Source of the DNA: a phage
NCBI GenBank assembly: GCA_020279385.1
Contig: GCA_020279385.1_4762.2
Length of the DNA: 64,000 bases
Direction: 5' to 3' (one strand)
The translations under genes were made by a program, and so were the position numbers. Shown in pieces: positions 10,271 to 18,616 of this stretch. The notes under the pieces were generated by a model. The model was not told the DNA's origin. It did no database searches and saw only the letters and a program-made list of their open reading frames with translations. Position 1 is the first letter of the stretch, and each line of letters opens with the position of its first letter.

Positions 10271-10853
10271 TCCTGAATTGTATGCTCGTTGTCATGAACT
10301 CTTTAAATATGATAACGGTAAGCTGATTCGCAAGATATCGACAAACCGAAAGCATAAAGTCGGATCTAGAGCGGGTGGAGTTAATCCTAGTCATGGATAC
10401 AGATTGGTGTGTATCGATGGTAAACATCATAAAGAGCATAGAATAATTTTCTTTATGCATCATGGATACATGCCAAAATACGTTGACCATGTTAACCGAA
10501 TTATAACAGATAATCGGATTGAAAACTTGAGAGATGCGAACGAGCAACAAAACTCAAGAAATATGGGTAAACAGAAAGGTCGATCGTCTGAATATATCGG
10601 TGTTAGTCTTTATAAACGAGATGGTAAATATGTTGCCAATATTCAGGTCGAAAGAAAGAAGTTGATATATTTGGGAATATATGTTCATGAGAAAGCGGCA
10701 GCACTTGCGAGAAACTTTGTTGCTGATGCTATAGACCCAAACTTTTTCAACAAAACAGAAGTAGTTGACATTTCTCCCGAAGAGATGTTAGAATTTGAAA
10801 ATAGAAAGCCAAAACTGTTAGATATAATTGATAAAGTATTGACAAGCAATTAA
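10257..10853 (+). CDS. HNH homing endonuclease with AP2-type DNA-binding domain (free-standing, inserted between 59 and 32)
   Basis: GTG start overlapping gp59 end; HNH_3-like GYRLVCIDGKHHKEHRIIF...VDHVNRIITDNRIENLR; AP2-like SEYIGVSLYKRDGKYVANIQ...GIYVHEKAAALA. Confidence 0.8.
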   Translation: MKTYDPELYARCHELFKYDNGKLIRKISTNRKHKVGSRAGGVNPSHGYRLVCIDGKHHKEHRIIFFMHHGYMPKYVDHVNRIITDNRIENLRDANEQQNSRNMGKQKGRSSEYIGVSLYKRDGKYVANIQVERKKLIYLGIYVHEKAAALARNFVADAIDPNFFNKTEVVDISPEEMLEFENRKPKLLDIIDKVLTSN

Positions 10854-10913
10854 GTATCTGATATAGTATAAAACGTAAATTAATCAATAGTTAATGTATA
10901 AAGAGGTATAATT

Positions 10914-11888
10914 ATGAACATGTTTCGTCGTCAAGATAGCTCCAAACTGCAAGCTCAACTGGCCGCACTGAAAGGTGGCAACGGTTTCTCCAAAGAAGAT
11001 CCGAAAGAGTGGAAGATTAAGACTGATGCAGCAGGTAACGGTGAAGCCCTGATTCGCTTCCTGCCGTCTAAGACAGAAGACGGTCTGCCGATTGTGAAAC
11101 TGGTAAACCATTCCTTCAAAGTTAATGGTAAATGGTATTGGGAAAACTGCTCCAGCACCCACGGTGATTTTGATTCTTGCCCTGTGTGCAAATATATTAA
11201 CGAAAAAGATCTGTACAATACCGATAAAACCGAATGGCAACTGATTAAGCGTAAAGCGTCTTACTACGCAAATATTCTGGTACTGAAAGATCCTCAAGCA
11301 CCAGAAAATGAAGGTAAGGTATTCAAATTCCGCTTCGGTCAGAAAATTTATGATAAGATCGTTGCGATGGTGAACGTGAATACCGATATGGGCGAAGTTC
11401 CGGTAGATGTAACTTGTGTGTTCTCCGGTGCTAACTTCCTCCTGAAAGCTAAGAAGGTTGATAAACACCAGAACTATGATGATTCTCGTTTCATGCAGCA
11501 ATCACAGCTTCCGAAAATTGAAGACGAAGCATATCAGAAATATCTGATGGAAAACATGGTTGATCTGAGTGAGATTGTAGCGCCTAGCCAGTTTAAACCG
11601 TTCGATGAACTGGAAACCAAATTTAAGAAAACTATGGGCGTTTCTATGGTAGCTGGTGCTGCGGCTTCCAGTGCCGCGGCAGCGATTAACAGCCAGCTTG
11701 ACGATTTTGACGCACAGATGAATGCATTCGATTCTGGTATGACCGCAGCTAGCACTGTAGTTGGTATTAACGCAGCTAGCACGGCGTTAGATTCTTCCGC
11801 TGATGACCTGATGGCATCTCTGGATCTGGGTGGCGGTACTTCCTCCGCTTCTGATCTGGATGACCTGGATTCTCTGTTAGCGATGTAA
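10914..11888 (+). CDS. 32: gp32 single-stranded DNA-binding protein
   Basis: 324 aa; [61 protein letters not shown] match T4 gp32 as recalled; S/A/D-rich C-terminal tail. Confidence 0.95.
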   Translation: MNMFRRQDSSKLQAQLAALKGGNGFSKEDPKEWKIKTDAAGNGEALIRFLPSKTEDGLPIVKLVNHSFKVNGKWYWENCSSTHGDFDSCPVCKYINEKDLYNTDKTEWQLIKRKASYYANILVLKDPQAPENEGKVFKFRFGQKIYDKIVAMVNVNTDMGEVPVDVTCVFSGANFLLKAKKVDKHQNYDDSRFMQQSQLPKIEDEAYQKYLMENMVDLSEIVAPSQFKPFDELETKFKKTMGVSMVAGAAASSAAAAINSQLDDFDAQMNAFDSGMTAASTVVGINAASTALDSSADDLMASLDLGGGTSSASDLDDLDSLLAM

Positions 11889-11896
11889 TGAATTTT

Positions 11897-11926
11897 ACAG
11901 CCTCCCTTCGGGGAGGCTTTTTTATT
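11897..11926 (+). terminator. Rho-independent terminator after gene 32
   Basis: AGCCTCCCTTCGGGGAGGCT hairpin followed by TTTTTTATT. Confidence 0.7.
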
Positions 11927-11950
11927 GCCTAAATTTTTATGAAAAAGGTG

Positions 11951-11979
11951 TTGACATGCTGATGTTAGGATGTATAATA
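11951..11979 (+). promoter_or_regulatory. Sigma70-like early promoter
   Basis: TTGACA - 17 nt - TATAAT, then the recurrent ...ACAAACATCGAAACA...AGGAGG leader. Confidence 0.6.
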
Positions 11980-12008
11980 CAAACATCGAAACAAAGGAGG
12001 ATAAAATT

Positions 12009-13187
12009 ATGTTAGTACGTCAAGCACATGAGATTCGTATAGAAATAAAAGGAAACACGAAAACTCCCTTCTATTGGGAAAATGTTGTAAAAAATTCATG
12101 TTTGGAAGTTGGTTATTCTTTCATGGGGTTTGTTGGAGAATGGTCTGGTCTCAAAACAAAAGCTCTTATATTATGTAATAACAAGCATGAATACACATCA
12201 ACTCTAGCAAATATCAGGAAAAAAGTTTCGTGTAAGAAATGTGTGGTTGATTCTCAAAGATTAAACCTAAACCATGTGATAGAAAGAATAAAACAAGAAA
12301 CAAACGATGTATTTGTTGGTTTTGTTGGTGGGGAGTATAAAAATAGCAGAACAAGACTCATTATGAACTGTGCAAACGGACACACATACCAACCAACATA
12401 TACAGATTTCATTCATCAAAAAACAAGATGTCCTTTATGTAACGGTGGCAAGATGTATGATAAAGAAGATTCCTTATCTTATATAAATGAAAATAAAGGA
12501 GATTATAAATTTTTGGGTATAATTGGGGAATGGAAAGGAACAAAAACTAAACTTAAATTTGAGTGTCCTAATAATCACATTTACGAACAAAGTTATGATA
12601 AGTTCAAACTAGGTCGTCGGTGTCACAAATGTAGCGGAACAGCACCAATAACAAAAAGTGACCGATTAAAACAAATTGAAAAAATATGCGAAACCAACAG
12701 ACTAAAATTTATTGGGATTTCAGGAAAGTGGAAAGGTGCATTAACAAGAATACTTCTGACATGCGAACGTAACCATGAATGGGTTGTAACTATTGATAAT
12801 TTTGTTAATCGCGGAACACGCTGCCCGTTGTGTTCTAAGCATGGTTATCAGGCATTAAAGACAGGAACTCTTTATATACAGAAATTAACCAACAATGATT
12901 CCTTTGTTGGCGTGAAATTTGGAATAACAAACAAAGAAACACATGAGCGCATGAGAAACCAATCTCGTGTTTCAAAGTTCGATCACGAGATCTTTTATGA
13001 ATTGACTTTACAAGATGGTCAAAAGATCTTAGAATTAGAAAACAAAATCAAGGAAGCGATGAAAGGTAAAACTTCCTATATCTCGAAAGAAGATATGCCG
13101 GATGGCTGGACAGAGACAGTAGCGCCGTCTGAATTGAGCACTATCATGTATATCGTAAAATCTTTTGAAAAAGAGTTGACAGCGTAA
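12009..13187 (+). CDS. Four tandem zinc-ribbon repeats plus C-terminal GIY-YIG-superfamily (T5orf172-like) domain; putative homing-endonuclease-like or DNA-binding protein
   Basis: Four ~65-aa repeats each with GxxGEWxGxKTK...C..NH.Y...Y..F.....C..C; C-terminus GTLYIQKL...VGVKFGITNKETHERMRNQ...DGWTET; start reassigned to ATG 12009 after AGGAGG. Confidence 0.5.
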   Translation: MLVRQAHEIRIEIKGNTKTPFYWENVVKNSCLEVGYSFMGFVGEWSGLKTKALILCNNKHEYTSTLANIRKKVSCKKCVVDSQRLNLNHVIERIKQETNDVFVGFVGGEYKNSRTRLIMNCANGHTYQPTYTDFIHQKTRCPLCNGGKMYDKEDSLSYINENKGDYKFLGIIGEWKGTKTKLKFECPNNHIYEQSYDKFKLGRRCHKCSGTAPITKSDRLKQIEKICETNRLKFIGISGKWKGALTRILLTCERNHEWVVTIDNFVNRGTRCPLCSKHGYQALKTGTLYIQKLTNNDSFVGVKFGITNKETHERMRNQSRVSKFDHEIFYELTLQDGQKILELENKIKEAMKGKTSYISKEDMPDGWTETVAPSELSTIMYIVKSFEKELTA

Positions 13188-13203
13188 CGCAACAGTGTAT
13201 AAT
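13176..13203 (+). promoter_or_regulatory. Sigma70-like early promoter
   Basis: TTGACA - 16 nt - TATAAT at the 3' end of the preceding ORF, followed by ACAAACATCGAAACAAAGAGAGG leader. Confidence 0.45.
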
Positions 13204-13234
13204 ACAAACATCGAAACAAAGAGAGGATTATATT

Positions 13235-13564
13235 ATGTGGACAGTAGAAAAAATCGTAGACGAATCAACCGAAATTGTCTCATGCGGGACTATTGAAGAA
13301 TGTCTTAACGCCGCTAACCGCGATTGTATTACGGTTTATGAATCTCGTCGCGGGGATGGCAGCTTAATTCAAAGTGATTATCGTTACACCGCACATAAAA
13401 TTGTATTCCGTTTCTGGGAAAACGGTGTTAATGTTGGTGTCAGCTTACTGAAAATGTGGCGTGATTATTCCGAACGCTATTATGTTTCTCCCGATGATGG
13501 TAATGAATTTAAAACCGAGATCACAGAAGAAAATGTAAACGAAAACTTCTTTAAACTGATTTGA
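13235..13564 (+). CDS. Hypothetical protein (109 aa)
   Basis: ORF with RBS AGAGAGG; no recognisable motif. Confidence 0.5.
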   Translation: MWTVEKIVDESTEIVSCGTIEECLNAANRDCITVYESRRGDGSLIQSDYRYTAHKIVFRFWENGVNVGVSLLKMWRDYSERYYVSPDDGNEFKTEITEENVNENFFKLI

Positions 13565-13578
13565 CAGGAGATTATATT

Positions 13579-14148
13579 ATGATTCAATGTGTATTTGCGA
13601 TTGGTAACACTAAAATGTCGGATGAAAATTGGGCTTTTGGTTTTAAAGGTGGCTTACCGTGGGGTCGTCCAATCAAAAAAGATATGGAAAACTTTCAAAT
13701 CCGCACTATTGGTGAGGTTGATTTTTCTGCGGTAGTAATGGGACGCAATACCTTTGAAAGTCTGCCTAAAGCACTTTGGGGACGTTTGAATGTGGTTGTT
13801 AGCACCGATACCAACAAGCCAGAACCGAAAGCTAAAAACGGCGACCAACCTGATGTGTATACTGGAATTGAATTGAAGGATCTGTTAAAAGCCCTAGAGA
13901 AAACGCAAGGTTTGGTAAGTGTTATCGGCGGACCTTCCCTGATTGAAAAAGCGGTTGACTTTGCGGACCGTATTGTGTTAACGTATGTTCAACGTTCAGG
14001 GATCAACGATCCATTTGAATATGATGTTGGAATCTCTAAGGAAATGATTCAGGAATTATATTTTGACTTTGCAACAAAAGAAGAACATAGTTACTTCCTT
14101 GATGATTACCTGATCAGCGAACAAATTTTAGAACGTAAGAAGGCGTAA
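13579..14148 (+). CDS. frd: Dihydrofolate reductase
   Basis: Position between 32 and td as in T4; size ~190 aa; start set at ATG 13579 after AGGAG. Confidence 0.75.
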   Translation: MIQCVFAIGNTKMSDENWAFGFKGGLPWGRPIKKDMENFQIRTIGEVDFSAVVMGRNTFESLPKALWGRLNVVVSTDTNKPEPKAKNGDQPDVYTGIELKDLLKALEKTQGLVSVIGGPSLIEKAVDFADRIVLTYVQRSGINDPFEYDVGISKEMIQELYFDFATKEEHSYFLDDYLISEQILERKKA

Positions 14149-14149
14149 C

Positions 14150-14242
14150 ATGAAAATTCTGACAGATTATGAGTGCAAACATTGTGGTGAATCTTTGATG
14201 TTTGCTGGTAGTCGGTGTTTACACTGCGGACGGGAACAATAA
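14150..14242 (+). CDS. Mini zinc-ribbon peptide (30 aa)
   Basis: MKILTDYECKHCGESLMFAGSRCLHCGREQ; CxxC-x13-CxxC; stop overlaps next ATG (TAATG). Confidence 0.3.
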   Translation: MKILTDYECKHCGESLMFAGSRCLHCGREQ

Positions 14243-14505
14243 TGAAAATCAGTATTATTCGATTATGGTCGGCAACCCATGAAAACTACGCAGTAGCAGA
14301 AGATCTTTACGGGTTGCAATATCTCTATGATGAATCGAAAGCGTCATGGTTTCCTGTACAAGAAAATAGCGATATATCAAGACCTGTTACTGTATTCGGT
14401 CCAGACGATATTTTTATTAACATTAGCGAGACAGTAGCAAAACTGCGTAAGAAAGCAAAGAAAAAGGGGAAGTGGGATGAAAGAATATTTGAAACTGTTA
14501 CGTGA
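14242..14505 (+). CDS. Hypothetical protein (87 aa)
   Basis: Coupled via TAATG to upstream mini-ORF; track ORF 14215..14505 probably starts at this internal ATG. Confidence 0.4.
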   Translation: MKISIIRLWSATHENYAVAEDLYGLQYLYDESKASWFPVQENSDISRPVTVFGPDDIFINISETVAKLRKKAKKKGKWDERIFETVT

Positions 14506-15712
14506 TGTTATTGATAATGGCTGGCCTCGTGAAGACCGCACGGGGGTAGGTACGCTCTCTAAATTCGGCGCAGAGATGCGAATTGATTTAAGCAAGGGTT
14601 TCCCCTTACTGACCACTAAAAAGATGGCTACAGCCTCTGTAATTGGCGAATTGCTATGGTTTATGGAGGGATCACTTGACCGCCGTCGCTTACAGGAAAT
14701 TACACGCGGCAAGTTTGACGAGGAAGCCTTTGATATTTGGCGCGGCAACTGTCTTGATATGAAAGAAAAGAATCCCTTGCGATTCAATGGTTATAATGTC
14801 GGCAATATGTATGGTATGGCGTGGCGACGCAAACCGATTCATCCACACGGTGAAATCAAAATTAAGCGAGTTAAGAGCAAATATGCACATACATTTAAGC
14901 ACCCGTGGGTAGAAGACTTTACGCCAACCAATGAAACAGAAGACCGTTTATGTGCTATCTGGCGTGGTATGCGTTATGAAGAGTTTGATTCTGAATATAA
15001 TCAATTCTTAGTAGCCGATCACTGGAAGACTCAATCTAATTTTGTTAATGATGCATATTGCTTGTGGGGATTCCAGGAATGGGTAGATGATGGTTATTTC
15101 GGTTATCTGCTTGATAGTGATTATCTGGGTGGGGATATTTTAGCACCAGATACCACGATCTTTGCTAGTATGGACGTAGACACATCAAGCACTAAAGACG
15201 ATGAAGAATATGTCTATCGCCCGAAGATTTGGGAAGACCAGTTACAAAAAGTTATTGACATGATCAAGAATGATCCGTATAGTCGTCGTATTATCATTGA
15301 TTCATGGAACGTACAGGAAACGCATAATGCTGTGTTAGGTGTATGTCATCCGATGGTACAGTTTTATGTTTCCAACGACAACAAATTGAGTTGTTTATTT
15401 TTCATGCGTTCGAATGATCTCTTTTTAGGGAATCCGTTCAACGTAGCGAGCTATGCACTGTTAACGCATATCATCGCGAAGATTTGCGGGTTAGAAGTTG
15501 GCGAACTGGTTTATCAGTGTGGGGATTGCCACATTTACAAAAACCATTTTGATCAAGTTATGGAACAGTTAAGCCGTGTTCCGTTTGATAAACCAACAAT
15601 TGAGTTGCCGGAATTTAAGTCTTTAGATGAGGTATTGACAAAGACTCCGAAAGACTTTAAAATTCACAACTATCAAAGCCATCCAGCAATCACCGCTCAA
15701 ATGGCAGTATAA
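14477..15712 (+). CDS. td: Thymidylate synthase with ~130-aa internal insertion
   Basis: TS blocks DRTGVGT, GFPLLTTKK, RRIIIDSWNV, CHPMVQFYV, LFLGNPFNVASYALLTHI, continuous frame; 411 aa versus ~286 in T4. Confidence 0.9.
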   Translation: MKEYLKLLRDVIDNGWPREDRTGVGTLSKFGAEMRIDLSKGFPLLTTKKMATASVIGELLWFMEGSLDRRRLQEITRGKFDEEAFDIWRGNCLDMKEKNPLRFNGYNVGNMYGMAWRRKPIHPHGEIKIKRVKSKYAHTFKHPWVEDFTPTNETEDRLCAIWRGMRYEEFDSEYNQFLVADHWKTQSNFVNDAYCLWGFQEWVDDGYFGYLLDSDYLGGDILAPDTTIFASMDVDTSSTKDDEEYVYRPKIWEDQLQKVIDMIKNDPYSRRIIIDSWNVQETHNAVLGVCHPMVQFYVSNDNKLSCLFFMRSNDLFLGNPFNVASYALLTHIIAKICGLEVGELVYQCGDCHIYKNHFDQVMEQLSRVPFDKPTIELPEFKSLDEVLTKTPKDFKIHNYQSHPAITAQMAV

Positions 15713-15781
15713 ACAAAAGGGGGCGAAAGCCCCCAATATGGAGGATAAACTTGTTCCTGCTAAAATATGAAGTGAGGTAAT

Positions 15782-18025
15782 ATGATTAAAAATGTTGTTA
15801 AGTCTTCCGGTCTGACTGTTCCGTTTGAAAAAGAAAAAGTAATGAAAATTCTGGAAGCGGCAGCCGAAGGTCATAACGTTGATCCATATGAATTGTTTGA
15901 TATGGTTGAACCACTTCTGACAGAAGGTATGTCTACCAATGATATCCAGAAAGTATTGATTAAGGTCGCCGCAGATAACATTACTGTAGAAACTCCTGAT
16001 TATCAATATGTAGCAAGTAACCTTGCAATGTTCGCGCTTCGTAAATCAGTATACGGTCAATTCCAACCTATTGATTTTTATAGCCATATTGAGCGTAATA
16101 TTGCAACCGGAAAATATGATCGCGAAATTCTACAAAAGTATTCCCGTGAAGAAGTGGAATATCTGGAGAAATTCATCGACCATAAACTTGATTTTAAAAT
16201 GACCTATGCTGGTGCGATGCAGTTAAAAGAGAAATATCTTGTTCAGGATCGCAGCACTAAGAAAATCATCGAAACACCGCAATTTGCGTATATGCTGATC
16301 GGTATGTGCTTACATCAAGAAGAGACAGAAAATCGACTTGAACATGTGATTGATTTTTATAATGCTGTTGCGAATAAGCAAATCTCTCTGCCTACTCCGA
16401 TTATGGCAGGTGTGCGTACCCCAACACGCCAATTTAGTTCGTGTGTGGTGATTGAAAGTGATGACTCATTGCAGGGTATTAATGAAACCGCAAATGCAAT
16501 CATTAAGTATATTAGCAAGCGTGCTGGTATCGGTATCAACGCTGGCATGATTCGCGCGGAAGGATCTAAGATCGGGCATGGTGAAGTTCGTCATACTGGC
16601 GTTATCCCATTCTGGAAACATTTTCAGACTGCCGTTAAGTCATGCTCACAAGGCGGTATTCGTGGAGGGGCAGCTACTCTCTATTACCCAATGTGGCATT
16701 TAGAGTTTGAAAGTCTGATTGTGTTAAAGAACAATAAGGGGGTGGAAGATAACCGCATTCGTCATCTTGATTACGGCGTACAGATTAATAACCTGATGGT
16801 AGAGCGATTCCTTAAACGGGATTACATTACTCTGTTTAGTCCAGATGTTGCAGGTGGCTTGTTGTGGGATCTGTACTTCCGAGATGAGGAAGGTTTCCGC
16901 CAGCTTTACGAAAAACTGGAAAAAGATCCGAGTGTTCGTAAAACTCGTGTTAAAGCCGAAGACCTGTTTTTAGCGGTGGCAATTGAACGTTTTAACACTG
17001 GTCGAATCTACCCAACATTCACAGACAACATGAACAATCACGGGGCGTTTATTCGTAATGTAGCACCAATTAAACAATCTAACCTGTGTTGTGAAATTGC
17101 TCTGCCTACTAAACCGATGGGGCGTGATGATTCAGAGATCAGCCTATGTACTTTGGCAGCATATGTTTTAGGTAATTTCGATATCGAAAACATGGAAGAA
17201 GTAGAACGCATTGCTATGGTTATGGTGCGTGCACTTGACAACCTGTTAGATTATCAGGATTATCCTGTAGAACAAGCTCTGACAGCCAAAAAACGTCGCT
17301 CTCTGGGTGTTGGTGTTACTAACTTTGCGTCATATCTAGCGGATAATTTCTTCACATATGAAGACGCTAACGAGTTTACGCATAAAACGTTTGAACGCTT
17401 GCAATATGCTCTGATTAAGGCTAGTGTGCAACTGGCTAAAGAGAAGGGTGCTTGCGAACTGATGCACGAAACACGTTATGGACGCGGTGAACTGCCTATC
17501 GACTGGTACAAAAAGACAGTAGATGAACTGGTTGATCCTGTGTATGAGATGGATTGGGAAGAACTGCGCGAAGACCTGAAAAAATATGGCATTCGTAATA
17601 GTACGCTTTCGGCTCTGATGCCTTGTGAGTCGTCTTCTCAGGTATCTAACAGCACAAACGGTATTGAACCGCCTCGCGGGATTGTATCGGTTAAAGGATC
17701 GAAAGAAGGGCAATTTAATCAGGTTATTCCGAACGTAGAGAATAATGCTGATGTTATTGACCTGCTTTGGACACTGATCAAGAAAGGTAACAAGCCCTAT
17801 CTGACACTGGCAGCGATCATGCAGAAGTTTGTAGATCAGGCGATTAGTTCCAATACATCCTATGATCCAAGCACTTATAAGACTGGTAAAGTCGATATTG
17901 CTGATGTGTTAGATGATATGTTGTTCGCTCAACATTACGGTCTGAAAACCCTGTATTATGCGAACGTTCGCGACGGTGCAGATGGTACGGAAGACGCTAG
18001 CGAGTGCTCATCTTGCAAGCTGTAA
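15782..18025 (+). CDS. nrdA: Ribonucleotide reductase large subunit (class Ia)
   Basis: 747 aa; N-terminal ATP-cone-like region; catalytic SNLCCEIALPT; synteny with T4 nrdA. Confidence 0.95.
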   Translation: MIKNVVKSSGLTVPFEKEKVMKILEAAAEGHNVDPYELFDMVEPLLTEGMSTNDIQKVLIKVAADNITVETPDYQYVASNLAMFALRKSVYGQFQPIDFYSHIERNIATGKYDREILQKYSREEVEYLEKFIDHKLDFKMTYAGAMQLKEKYLVQDRSTKKIIETPQFAYMLIGMCLHQEETENRLEHVIDFYNAVANKQISLPTPIMAGVRTPTRQFSSCVVIESDDSLQGINETANAIIKYISKRAGIGINAGMIRAEGSKIGHGEVRHTGVIPFWKHFQTAVKSCSQGGIRGGAATLYYPMWHLEFESLIVLKNNKGVEDNRIRHLDYGVQINNLMVERFLKRDYITLFSPDVAGGLLWDLYFRDEEGFRQLYEKLEKDPSVRKTRVKAEDLFLAVAIERFNTGRIYPTFTDNMNNHGAFIRNVAPIKQSNLCCEIALPTKPMGRDDSEISLCTLAAYVLGNFDIENMEEVERIAMVMVRALDNLLDYQDYPVEQALTAKKRRSLGVGVTNFASYLADNFFTYEDANEFTHKTFERLQYALIKASVQLAKEKGACELMHETRYGRGELPIDWYKKTVDELVDPVYEMDWEELREDLKKYGIRNSTLSALMPCESSSQVSNSTNGIEPPRGIVSVKGSKEGQFNQVIPNVENNADVIDLLWTLIKKGNKPYLTLAAIMQKFVDQAISSNTSYDPSTYKTGKVDIADVLDDMLFAQHYGLKTLYYANVRDGADGTEDASECSSCKL

Positions 18026-18033
18026 AATAAGTG

Positions 18034-18062
18034 TTGACGCGGGGAGAAATCCCCGCTATAAT
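18034..18062 (+). promoter_or_regulatory. PeSL-type early promoter
   Basis: TTGACG - GCGGGGAGAAATCCCCGC hairpin as 17-nt spacer - TATAAT. Confidence 0.55.
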
Positions 18063-18093
18063 ACAACCATCAAAAACAAGTGAGGATTTTATT

Positions 18094-18261
18094 ATGACCA
18101 AATTAAAATGTGTTGCTGTAGATTTTGAGCTAGCTGATAGCTTTGTTGTCGGTGATGTATATGAGGCTCGATATGATGGGACTTGCTACTACGTTGAGGA
18201 TGAATACGGCGTAGAATGGGCTATTCTTCCCGATGATAAATGTTTTGAGGTTGTAGGATAA
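18094..18261 (+). CDS. Hypothetical small protein (55 aa)
   Basis: ATG after GTGAGG RBS; track ORF start at 18031 lies inside the promoter. Confidence 0.45.
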   Translation: MTKLKCVAVDFELADSFVVGDVYEARYDGTCYYVEDEYGVEWAILPDDKCFEVVG

Positions 18262-18434
18262 TGGCTACTGTATGGTTATTGATTGCAATAAGCAATTCAA
18301 TGTATAATTACGGAAATATGTCAAGCATTGAGTTTGCAACAAAGCAGGATTGCGTTAAAGCTCGCGAGATTATCCGTGAAGACAATAAACGCTTTATGAA
18401 TCTATATTGCGTTGAAAAACAAAAGGTGAACTAA
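18261..18434 (+). CDS. Hypothetical small protein (57 aa), paralogue A
   Basis: MATVWLLIAISNS...; start overlaps upstream stop (TAATG); paralogue of next ORF. Confidence 0.45.
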   Translation: MATVWLLIAISNSMYNYGNMSSIEFATKQDCVKAREIIREDNKRFMNLYCVEKQKVN

Positions 18435-18601
18435 TGGCTACATTATGGTTATTGCTTTCCGTTAGCGTAGGATCATATAATAAAGGAACTGTTACCAGCG
18501 TGGAGTTTTCATCACATCAAAGCTGTTTTGAAGCCGTGCAGGAATTGCAACAGGATAACGAAATAAACAGAAATACTAAGTTCTTTTGTGTTAAAAAGTG
18601 A
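18434..18601 (+). CDS. Hypothetical small protein (55 aa), paralogue B
   Basis: MATLWLLLSVSVG...; TAATG coupling; shares MATxWLL, SxEF, FxCV with previous ORF. Confidence 0.45.
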   Translation: MATLWLLLSVSVGSYNKGTVTSVEFSSHQSCFEAVQELQQDNEINRNTKFFCVKK

Positions 18602-18616
18602 TAGTGAGGTGAATTA

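Noticed and set aside
10884-11501. 205-aa minus-strand ORF
   Set aside because: Lies entirely antisense to the strongly conserved gene 32 and has no RBS; antisense artefact
11534-11986. 150-aa minus-strand ORF
   Set aside because: Antisense to the gene 32 C-terminal coding region and the terminator/promoter; translation is low complexity
14477-15712. Possible group I intron in td, as in T4
   Set aside because: The td reading frame is continuous across all conserved TS blocks; the extra length is an in-frame protein insertion
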